A DNA stretch of 64,000 bases from Perna viridis (taxonomy: Eukaryota): contig CM074517.1 of the NCBI GenBank assembly GCA_037379345.1, positions 14,942,001 to 15,006,000 of the forward strand, in the 5' to 3' direction. Each line of letters begins with the position of its first letter. Positions within the stretch are counted from its first letter, which is position 1. The position numbers were made by a program, and so were the translations under genes. This document shows positions 50,398-62,230 of the stretch, piece by piece. Under the pieces are notes generated by a model, which made no database searches, was not told the DNA's origin, and saw only the letters and a list, made by a program, of their open reading frames with translations.

Positions 50398-53300
50398 TTT
50401 TAATTTCACGCTCTTTGTAAGGAATTGAAAACAGTTAAATTACTTTACAGAAAGTGTGTAGTTTTAGTTCGTACATGTACATTTATATAGCGACGGTATG
50501 TCTTTTTACTGTTGACAGCATTTTGTTACATCCTTTTCGTTGTGAATTAGATCGAGCTTATCTTGATTATGAAAAAAAATGAATAAGCTTTATTTGTAAA
50601 CATTTTTGTACTTATATACTTTTAGTACCAGCATAATAGAATAATACAATAGATTATTCAACCTTTTACATACAAATTTATGTCACTGGTTTTAAAATGG
50701 TAGTATCAAAAATGATTTGAAATAAATTCTTAAATGACTACGAATTTTAGTGCAACTAATTCTGGACTTCTAGTAAACAAAGAACTACCAGGACCGAACA
50801 GTTTGCAACTGTTGAAAGATCAGTTCACTTTTTATTACCCTGAAAAATAAAAAAAAATAATATTAAGATATGTCAATGCTTTAATGAAATCATGAAAGTC
50901 AAAATGGATTTCCTGCTATAAAAAAAGGATAATTTAATAAGTTAGTATTTTCTGTGCAATAAAATGAAATACATTTGTATCATAAAATGCATTTAATAAT
51001 TTTACTTAGGTCCATCAAATTTGATCAAATTTAAAGATTACGTTAAATGAATATAAATAACAAACGGACATAATATGCACCGATGCAGTGAGGATCATAA
51101 GAACAGTTTCCGACTGAATTGGGTTAGGTTTTCGTAAAACAAGGTAAATAGTTAATTGTTTTATAATGGTTTAATTTGATGACGGATTTCAACATATCAG
51201 TTGTTATTTTAATTGATTCTGTTGCCTCTTTTGTTTTGGTTGTTTATTAAGAAATTATATAAATTATGCTTATAGGAAAATAAATTATATTGTTTCAGAA
51301 ATTTATCACCCTTGACATCATTATTGATGTACGTATCGAAATGTATAGGTAAAGATAGATACTTCTGTAACCATGTAATCATTTTTCTTCGATTAACATG
51401 TATTTAAAAGGCAAATTTCATGTTTGATAAACGTTTTGGCCTGAATGGCTACATGAAATATGTCTTGTCATAGACTATATTGACACTTATGTATATTCTT
51501 TGTTTAAAAATGCATATTAAATGCTAATAGATTTGAACGTTTGTTTTAATTCGTTGTAAAAGGTGACATGGCATACATGTAAATCGAATACATTTCAAAG
51601 AACGTGAATATTTTTTTCTACTAATAATTGTTGTCATTTTCTTTTACCTTTATCGAACAGATAACAGAAACAAGATTTAAACTCATACAAATCTTTAACT
51701 GTCTGGACATGTTATATAGATGTTATATAGATAACGTATTGTTTAAGTTTACGAAAATTATTTAAAAAAAACAAAACAGAAAACTTCGCATTTTAAAGGC
51801 CCATTTCAATTATATTATGCTTTCTAGGCACAAAACAGATGATCAAATTAAGAAAATCTGCATATACAAATACATATATTACTTTCAAGTTTTGAAATTA
51901 AATTTGATTAAATACATGAATTTTTCAGTATTGTTTTATACAAGTGGTCATTATTAATGAACCCATGTTGTATTTTAAAGTTATAAACAAATAATATAAA
52001 ATTATTTAAAAATCTCTATAGAGAGATATATGTTATACAATGTATGTGTGTGAAAGTATCACGATAAAATGGGGAAAACGCAGCAGTACCTAAGAAATCT
52101 CACAATATTTTTCCACGAACAAGATCAGCAAATCAAATTACGGTCATTTTTCTTGGTATACTTACTAAGAACCCATTAGGATATAAATTTTACTTGACGT
52201 TGAACATTATTTCATATTGATGAAATATAAAGACAAACATATTAAAAATTAATTATTTGAAATAAGACTTGCATCATTACACGGATATAAAAAGTACCTG
52301 CAGACCACCCTTTCCTTGAATTTTACCAAAGTACGTTTATCTTATTTCCATCCTGTAGTCCTTGGTTTTGTAATGAATAATAACGTCATTATTACGGTAG
52401 CATTGCCAGCATGCGATCCTATTCAATATCATCCCCGACCATCGTAATCTAATGGACCTGTCTACGTATTCCCACAGAACTCCACGGCAACGAAAACAAA
52501 ACCATCATAACATCAAAAGACCAGAAACTGATGCAGCAGAAACTTGTTGGTTTATTCAGAACTCGTTGTCTACGTGAGCGAAATAAAGCAATGGGAACTT
52601 CAAGTGCTCGATTGTTTAAATCCGGAATACAGAGTCGTAAATATATCAAACTGGATCCCCAATCGCCACGGAAAACACATTAAACCAGTATATTTCCATT
52701 AACAATTGTTCTTTTATGGGCAATAAAAGTTTCCCGGTAGCCTTTCATCTTTAACATGGAGTAAATGAAAACAAAAAATCGCCGCATATTTCAACTTTTA
52801 ACTTTATTTTAAAATATTCGACCTGCAAGTGTCTGGGCAGTAAATTTTATATTATTGTTTTCTGATAACTTTTATTTGAAGCTCTCAATAGGAATCCTGA
52901 CAACTTTGGCCTTGTTACTGTTTAAAAATAATTCATAAGGGATTTTCATGAAGATTCATGGAATTTTAGAAAATAAAAACAAATACCTGTTGTTTGTTAT
53001 TCAATTACAGATTCATTTGTTAAATAACATGGCGCAAGAAACTTCTTATAATATATGTTTGAAAAAAGTGAGAACTTTATTTCTCTAAAATACTGTAACA
53101 TCACTTAGTAACCATCATGTTTTGTAGTCCCTATACACTTTATGAATTATTATATATCAAATAATCCAATATGTAATATCTATGAAATATGTATTAATTA
53201 TCCGTTAGGGACTTGATATTGTTGCTACGTTCATGTGTTTATCTAAAAGATACATAAACGATGATAACTTGACAATTCAATCTAATCGTGAAACCCTTCT

Positions 53301-56213
53301 TGTTAGTATCGTTTAATTCTCTTAAAACAATCAAGTGCAAATAATATGTTTACATTTCGAATGAATTATTTGTAGGGTCAATTTATAAATGAACAAATAT
53401 TTAGGTTTTTGTATTTTATTATCTATGATATACATATCATATATATATATATTTTAGAAAGTATATTGAACAGAATGAAATCAAACATTATAAATCCAGA
53501 TTCTTTCGTTATTGTGGCTTATGTTCAGCAATTTTTATTTAAAAAAATTTTAATAGATACATTGGTGTGTTAATTATAACACTTGAGCATGTCTGAATAC
53601 AGACAGCAGTTACATCAGAAACGGATGATATCTGTATATCATATACAAATTAAATACAAAATATAAAATTATAGATAATACAAACATAAAATAGTTTTGA
53701 AAACTGAAATAACAATTAGCATATTACTTGTCGGTGTGTAAGTACAAGTCGTCTTTTATAAAAGTAAAACAATTCTGCAGTTTTATTTCTATTGCAGAGA
53801 CCTCGTGTAAGTTTGTTTTGGAAAAAGATGCATACAAAAAATCGGTCACAACATTTTGAACTTCAACACTAGTAGAGAGAAAGACATTTCCACAAAATAT
53901 TTATTTCGTAAAACTGAAAATAAATTCATGATTGATATAAAACTACCAGTTAAAAAGATTTGTTCAGTTCCATTTACATAACATGTTTATTTTTATTTTT
54001 CAAATATTATACATGCCAAAACTTATGATTTCAGCTTAAAGTACACCTTTCAGAAAAATAAACGTTTCAATATAATTATGGTTGATCTCAAATACATCTG
54101 GTCCTAAACTAACTTACAAATACTGTCATAGAAGAATCCAAAGGTATCTTAATGAAATATTCACACAAAAAGTCCTGGTTCGCATTATATTGCAAAAACA
54201 AATATCAAACAAACAATTTCACAAAAGTGAACGACACATGTTTCGAAAGAAAACCATCCCGGAATAAGCAAGATCTTATTATGAAGCCACGTTTATAAAA
54301 TTGGCCTTTTAGTAGTGTCATGGCTGCTAATAAATTTTGAGAATTTGGCGTTTTATGGCTAATTTAGTGCACCCTAATGTCAACCCCTAAACACAAACTA
54401 CCTGACATAAATAATTTTTGACACTGTGTATGATCAGTTTACACCAGTTATTACCGACTGGACACATTTAATTTAAGTAATACTAACTGTGAATACAGAT
54501 AAGATAGCCCATTATGTGAAATTAATTTCACTATAATACCAGATAACTTACTTTTATTTTGTATTCGCACAATCTATTTTGATATTTGGACTCATGTTAA
54601 CCTACAAATAATACATTACAGATCATTACTTTTTGCAACAGAAAGCACGGAATTAAAAATATCATTGATATAAATAATAATAATTAAACCTACCCTTTTG
54701 AAAATACTATAAATTTTATTAAAATACTTAACATTAAAAATTTAGTATTACAATGTGAATTCGGTTGAAGTTTGAAACATGTCTTACTCCACTATCTAAT
54801 TTTCATGTACAGTTTTATGATCAAAATAAAAAAGACATTTATTACGTCCTATATACAGTATTTATCAAAGATAATAAATAGAGATGATAAAGTGAACCCA
54901 ATAGAATTACAGATTTTTTAGGAACTTAAATAGGTCAAATTATAGTTGTGTTAATTTACTTTTTTGCTGTTTTAGTTGCAGTGTACAATCTGAATTAAAT
55001 CAGGGATAACATGTAAGATTATATGGTAAATACTAGGATTACTTTCCCTTGGATCGTTATGGCATAGCGCTATAACGTTAGTGGCTCGGACAGCACACTA
55101 AAAAAACAGATTCAAATTGGACCATGCACAAGATAAGATATGAGCCAAAGCATTATGCTTACTTCTCGACGTAATACGAAATTGCCTTGAATTCACTGGA
55201 AATCAGTAAGTAAAAGGGGTGACAAGGTTCAAAGAAATAAGTCATGTGAACCCTGTCAGCCAATTTACATTGCGTTGAGAAGATTTTTTTTACATTTTTA
55301 AGTTTGTTAGATCTGCATTCCAAATATAAAACTCTGAGTGATTGCATAATTATGAACATACAGAAACTGGTCGTAGATCAATTTAAAATGTCAGGTTTTA
55401 AGATCGCGGCGCAATATGATATCTTTTGACGTTCAGAGATCTAAATTTGCTGCAGGTTTTTTTCTGAAGCATGATGCCAAAACACTTCAGTGACCTTGTA
55501 ATTATAATCTAGGTAGCAATAGCGCTTACATGAATTTTATTATTTTTGAAGCACTTCAGTCGCTATGAAATGAAATAATATATTATGGAAATTGTTCTTA
55601 TATTGTCTTATAATTGCTGTTTATTGTGAAAATGGTAATAAAATTGAATTTAATGATCAACGCTGTTAAACGGACGCATGAAAATTTATGACAACAACAA
55701 AGTGTCGATACCATAATCAATGGGAGTGTATACCCGAAAGTAGGCAAGAAAGTCTTTGATTGTTACAACAGATGCATTATTATTTAAATAATTGTTAGAG
55801 ATAAAATAATGATATAAGTACCACACCTATATCACTCTAGGTATATGCAACTGTCAGGTCGACTAATGATATTGATTATTTAGCTCAAATGTAAGAATAT
55901 TGCATTCATTTTATTTTCTATAGCTTAATTATACAGGAATGTCATTTATAGAAAAAGTAAATATTAATTATCCGTATTAGATGTTTGATACCTCATTTTA
56001 AGTGTTATAATATTCGTTGCAAATATTACATTGTGTATGGTGAAGATAATCCTGTTTTAGTTTTTACTTAGCTCTAAAGGCCTGACACCTAAATGGTTGT
56101 TTCCCAAGTACATTTTGCCTTTTGTATAATGGAATACTTTTTTAATGTGAATCTTGTTGATATTTTAATTGTCATAAAATGTAACTAAACATGTCTTCAG
56201 TAAAGAAGTTTTA

Positions 56214-56400
56214 CGGTGCACTTGGTCCATGCTCCCAATTTTTAGTGGAGTCCGAGTTGCTCATTTCCTTTTGTTACTTTGTTTGTATGACTTTAGTTGC
56301 TTTATGTTATTTGTTGGGTGTGTCTGTTTTCCATGTCTGGTCTTTGTCCCTGAATTACATTCTTTTGATTACCGCTATAACCTTGGTTCCCTTGATTACT
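56214..56400 (+). mobile_element. Dispersed retroelement-derived repeat
   Basis: Highly similar to the reverse complement of 61931-62107 and to 29479-29670. Confidence 0.88.
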
Positions 56401-57732
56401 TTTTTAATAAGGCGGGATTTGTCTAAGTGTATCGTAGTATTTCGTAAATGGGAATTAATAAAAAATAGCGATCTTCTAATAATATCTAAACAAACCTATC
56501 AATATTGTTCGCAGCATAAACAAATAACAAAAAAAAGAATAAAATTAGTACTAAATAACAATTAAATAAACCACTCAATGCAAAATTCTTATATGGCGAT
56601 TCGGTTAAGAGTTTACCTGTCCTCACACACTTTTTAAACAATCCCTTTCAGTAGTTACTTCAACTCTTTGTATATCTTATAGGCAATGCTAAGCAGTAAG
56701 GGTGATTAGCAGTACCCCATAAAAACTAGGTATTTGCCTGTACTTCTACATTATCTCTTAAAGAAATATATTTAAGGAATGAAAAACAAAACCAAAACAA
56801 AAAACAAAAAAAAACCCAAGCACATGCTTCAAAGGTATTGTGGTTCGATGATCGTAGAAAGGCTTATCGAGGTTCTTGAGAAAGGTAAAATGGCATATAG
56901 TACCCATCAACAAACATCAACAGCATAAAAATAAATATGTTACCAAAATGCACTTGGAGAGCCACTATTAAATTCAGTTTGGCCGTGTTACTTAACTAAC
57001 CCCTTTTTTTACAAGCAGAAAGATCCATGTCGTATTGTATTGCACACTCACAAACTATTTTGATCGGTATGACTCAGTCATTTAAAACACATTGCTTTAG
57101 ATATACTTTTTTAACAGGGGCAAATCAATTTCACATCAGTATCAACGATTTCAAAGCTGATCTAATTTCTTATTCAATTGCACAGCTTCAAGTTCAAAAG
57201 GATAAATATTTTAGAAGCGTGGCGCTACGATCAGAAACGCAATATTAAAGCATAAAATTGACCGGCGCCGATAACAAACGTCACACACAGAGGATCTTAA
57301 GTAAACGGATCAAAAATCCATTTGAGGACAGAATTTTATTGGTGGGCGTTACAATGCGTATATATCCACAAACACGACCCACCAGGGATACTATCCATCA
57401 TATTTTGTTGATAGTTACAATTCAAAGCATATTAAAATGTAATATTTCATGAAGATTTTTCCACTAAGGTCTTCATTTTTTTTTTTTTTTTTTTGGTTTA
57501 ACAATTTGAAAGGAATCTAACATATCTTACATTGGTATACCAAATACAAATATATATTTATTGATCTAAGGATATACGTTTTTATCAATGGTATTGATTT
57601 TTTTATCCAAGCTTTGGGGAAATACTGATTTTGACTTAAACTAATGTTGTTGTCGTGGTCACTAATTTTTGTCTGTGCAAAATGATTGCAAACTGCCATT
57701 GACTAAACGTAATTATCTTACTACATATAAGA

Positions 57733-57937
57733 ATAATCAAAAGAATCATGATTCGCGTAGTAATCAAAATAATGGTTTCCAAGGATGAAGACTAGACTAG
57801 AAAAAATACACACACGCACACACCAAGAACATGAAACAGCCGAAATAACACGTACATAGAAACCCGGACTCCACTTAACTCCAAGGGTATGGAACAGGTT
57901 CACCAGTAAGGTAGGCATCCTCTGCTCAATAGAAACC
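57733..57937 (-). mobile_element. Older copy of the same dispersed repeat
   Basis: taatcaaa...aagactagac...aacccggactccact...ggaacagg..caccagtaaggtaggcatc aligns with 61931-62140. Confidence 0.7.
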
Positions 57938-58161
57938 TATCCATTCGCCATGGTAATGTTTTATTTTAATTTCAAATAATATTTCAAAATTGAGTTACTC
58001 TTAAATAACTGCGTACTAACCACGTTTTTGACGTTAGAGACATAATAGACATTTTTTATTGTTGTTTATACTTTTGTAAGTCTAATTATCTTATGTGTAA
58101 AGAAAGGCATGAATATGTCATTAAAATAATTTTGTAGTTAGTCGAATTGGAGGATGTTATT

Positions 58162-58381
58162 TTAAGGAGGTAGGCCTAGGGTAAGGGACATGACTCTTGA
58201 AATGAGTGTTATGTTTGTATCATATTCAATTTCACCAAAGCCTATTAAGCTTTCATTTGGAGCAGAATGAAATCAATCCATGTTACTTTGATGCTTACAT
58301 GAGGTTGATGTCAAATGCAGAATACAAACGTTCCTATGATATGTAAGATTTGTGTCCCTTACCTTAGGTCTACCTCCTTAA
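58162..58381. mobile_element. Intact 212-bp MITE with ~33-bp TIRs and TTAA target-site duplication (Kolobok/piggyBac-type)
   Basis: TTAA(58162-65)-ggaggtaggcctagggtaagggacatgactctt ... aagatttgtgtcccttaccttaggtctacctcc-TTAA(58378-81). Confidence 0.92.
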
Positions 58382-61300
58382 GTCCTATGTTTTCTTTGTT
58401 TTTTACGGTAGTTGTTGTATGTCTTGTTTTCGATTTTGCTTTTGATTCCTGTTAGAATCACCGATTTGTGATGTCTCTTTGACATTTTTAATTAATTATG
58501 GATTATTTAATCCTTCTTTAAAATAAACCATATCCTACAAGGTTGTTCCAAATATATTAATTGCCTTTTCGTGTCACTTTTTTCTTCTCATTTTAGAAAT
58601 GGGATACAGAAAGCTGAAAGATAACAAAGACAAAAGTCTCGCATCCATATAACTTCAACAATGCTTCCTGTTGTTGATAAAGTAGTTAACAAGTCTGCAT
58701 CAATTAAACAATGTCTTCTGAATAGATAATTTTTTCCAACAAGCACTGTGACGGAGAGGTATCTCAAACATACAACAGTTATCAATTTCATCAGGCTATA
58801 AACAAAACGTAAGACCAAGCAATAATTCAAATGTCGTAGCATTGAACAGTAGAAATAAATATCTAGACCAGACAATCAAAAACCCGTCCAACAGGGATAC
58901 TAATGTGTCATCGGAATACGCATCATGAATAAATCAAACGCGCTCTAATCACGACTTGGACAGGAGGTTATAGGTCAGGCTCGAACGAGAGTGTAATATC
59001 AGTCAGATGAGTAGAGGTTACTGCTGTTCGTCCGATAAGTCAGACGATGTACGAGATGTTCCGAAATGCGACGAGATTGAGGTTTCAGACTTGGTGTCAC
59101 ATTTGAATTCTAGGATGAAAGTGTCTTTGGTAAGACGTCTCATAATGGCAAAAACAAATAGAACCAAATCAATTCCAGAAAGGATTACTACTCTCCTTTG
59201 AAATTCGACAAAAAAAAAAAACAGAGAAGAAGTACAAATAGTTCAAAATAGGCAAAAATTTATTTTTAAGTCCTTTGAATCCACAAAATTATATGTATAC
59301 GGCATGCAACCAAAAAGTTTCCATTTGACATATACTTGAAGCTGACAATGCTTCATTACCTTAGTTTCGGAATGCCTTGGCCGTTGGTATGACAGCATAA
59401 CTTTGCCTGACTGTGTCTCAATATGTCGCAGCTTTTTGTATTGCTTAATAAACAGTTGCTCGGTTTTTATACTTCTGAAATTTGTTCAAAGCCTAATTAT
59501 AATGCTGATTTTTTGTATCATTTTTGGATTATCAAATTTTCATTCTTTCGTCTATTCTTTAGTTTGTTGATATCTCGATATCTTTCTCTATTCAACAATA
59601 ATAAGGTTTTGAGTTCGTGGTTTGACCGTTTCGCAATAATCACGAACATGTGTAGGACAAGACCAATAGTTCTTCAGAAGTATATTATGTATTGGATGAG
59701 GTATATTATATTGTTATGTGTTTTAACCCGCAAGTTATCATTAATGACAAGACGGTTTTTTTTTATACAATACTTAGTATTTTACAATAACAAGTATCCT
59801 GAAGATAATAAAAATGTATATAAACTTTTATTTGTATTGATCTTCTAATCAATACATATTGTCGCTGTTCTCTTTTAAATTACTGTAAGAAAATTCAATA
59901 CACATATACTACATGCCATATATTTAAAAATAACACATTGTTATATTTTAAATAAAGTTGCAGTATACAGTTTTGAAAATGGTGAAAGTCGAAAACTACT
60001 TTGAATGAGGTCAGTGTTTTGTTCTAATGTCAGTTAATTTATTATCAGCAGCAACATTTTGAAAATGTGTTTATACACATCCTGAAAATGCTGGAAAAAA
60101 GTTCAATGCTACAATTGTTAATATTTCGAGACTTGTTATGGCTAAACCTTTTAGGCAAGTATTTTGATATTACGCCAAGCAAATTGAAACTTTAGATTAG
60201 ACAAGAAGACAATCAAAGCCATGCTTAATCGGACCAGTTTTTGTCGTTTTATTTTCATTTGCCGTAAAACTGCAACCAACTGACGAACAAAATGTTAAGA
60301 TATTTAAGTACACAACTACCCTTACGTCCCTTAACAAGTTAAGGGTATTCGACTACGATTCGATGCAAGTGTTTGTAATAAAGCAAATCAGAAAAAAAAT
60401 TCAAATTATAATATTCTAGTTTCACCAATTTGGAATGATCTGTGGAAAAGAAAAATCCTGAAAGTAAAAAACAAACTTTACAAACAATTCTGCTTAGTAT
60501 TTAAATTAATACACAAGAATCGTTCACGCCGGAGTGCAACTTGTATAATTGGTCAAAGGCGAAGAATCATTGACATTTGTAACTCAACAAAATGAACTGC
60601 TTTTACATTGTAATGCAATCATTAAAATCACTAAGGTACAAAATGATCAAGTGAAAAGGGTCAAAATCGTATTATTATTTGTATTATTTTTTTATGTTTA
60701 GAAATGTTGTACGCACAGTCTAGATGGTTTTAATGGGTTTTTATTCAACACATTTCAAAAAGTTTGCCAGATATTTATGTGAGACTTCCAGTTCATCTTG
60801 AAATTAGAAAGTGCATAGAACCTTTACCAACTTACTGACTCGATTTGTTTAGTACCCAGTTACCCACTTCTAATGCTACTGTCATTATAATACGTTGTTA
60901 TAATTCTCTATGAACAATAACTCATAAAACCAGGCAACAATAGCTTTTCAATGTTTTTCAATGAGCACAAAGCGGAAAATTCTCATTAAGACCAATATAC
61001 TCGACATTACGTTCAATTGCATTACACCGTAATAATAACTCAAGCCAGGGGTTTTATTGTCCGTTTTGAAATTGTGTACTCTCTACTTTAATTATAAATC
61101 TTGGCAGGTTTAAGCTACGAAGTCATAAAAATAAATTTCAAGTTATCATTCAGTTTTCATTGACCAAGAAACGGAAATTTATTTCATTTCATTGCTTTGA
61201 GGAAAAACATTATTGGAGCTCTTCGCTGAAGTGAGCAATTTTTATCTCTAAATTTATGTACTGACATTTACGACTCGATCTGCATATAAATATGTCGCTT

Positions 61301-61930
61301 TTATTGTAAGTTTTTTTTCACCATTGCAATGAGGAGGAGGGACTTCCGCTTATCAGGCAATGGGCGGATAGTTCCATATCGTTAGAAAGACATATAAATG
61401 TCACTTCAGACTGCTGCCTAAAATTTACAATCATTAGGATCAAATAGAAATGGAGGAAAGCAAACATGTATTAATCTAAATCCAAAATGCAAACAAAAGA
61501 ACTAAAAAGTATTTTGATACAAATATCTGTTACCTTACATGCAGGTTAGAGCGGTAGCTTTTTTTTGCAACAAAGTAGAAGGGTAAAACAATTTTCTTTT
61601 CTATTACTGAATGTATTACCGTTTCCTGCCTTTCTTCTATGAATAATTCTAGTAATATCGGTCAAACGCCATCACAGTTACGAATTTTGTCTATTTGTTT
61701 TCATGAAATGTATATATAGTATTTTTAACCATGTATACCCTGTATAAACGAGACGATGAGTTTTATATGATTATAAAATAAGGTTTTGTAATAACAGCTA
61801 TATCAACATGATTAGAAAACTTGTATATATATTCATTAGTCATTATTTCTAAACTGTTATAACGATTTGTGTCCCCATAAGATGTGAAGTTCTTGCTACG
61901 TTTATATTTACTCTTAAGTAATATTTGCAG

Positions 61931-62230
61931 AGTAATCAAGGGAACCAAGGTTCTAGTGGAAATCAAAATCAAGGGACAAAGACCAGACACGGAAAACAGA
62001 CATACACAACAAAGAACATTAAGTAACTAAAATCATACATACAAAGTAACAAAAGCAAATGAACTCGGACTCCACTAAAAACTGGGAGCATGGACCAGGG
62101 GCTCCGGTAGGGTAAGCGTCATTTGCTTTTCTAGAAACACCCGCCTAGTTGCTCATAAAAAAAGTCAAATCCGGGGTAGACGAAAGAGGAAAAGAATACT
62201 ATGACACGATGAACAAATCAGTTTTGTGCA
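61931..62230 (-). mobile_element. Longest copy of the dispersed retroelement-derived repeat
   Basis: Minus strand reads GCTTACCCTACCGGAGCCCCTGGTCCATGCTCCCAGTTTTTAGTGGAGTCCGAG...CTTGGTTCCCTTGATTACT, matching the copies at 56214, 29479 and 8745. Confidence 0.88.

Noticed and set aside
55044-55058. FPWI as a Hox hexapeptide for an Antp first exon
   Set aside because: Not YPWM/FPWM, no long upstream open frame, and no splice donor at the expected distance.
56191-56565. 124-aa hydrophobic ORF
   Set aside because: Overlaps the T-rich dispersed repeat; other copies do not preserve the frame.
59423-59848. 141-aa ORF
   Set aside because: F/I/L/Y/N/K-rich composition typical of AT-rich non-coding DNA; no domain or splice support.
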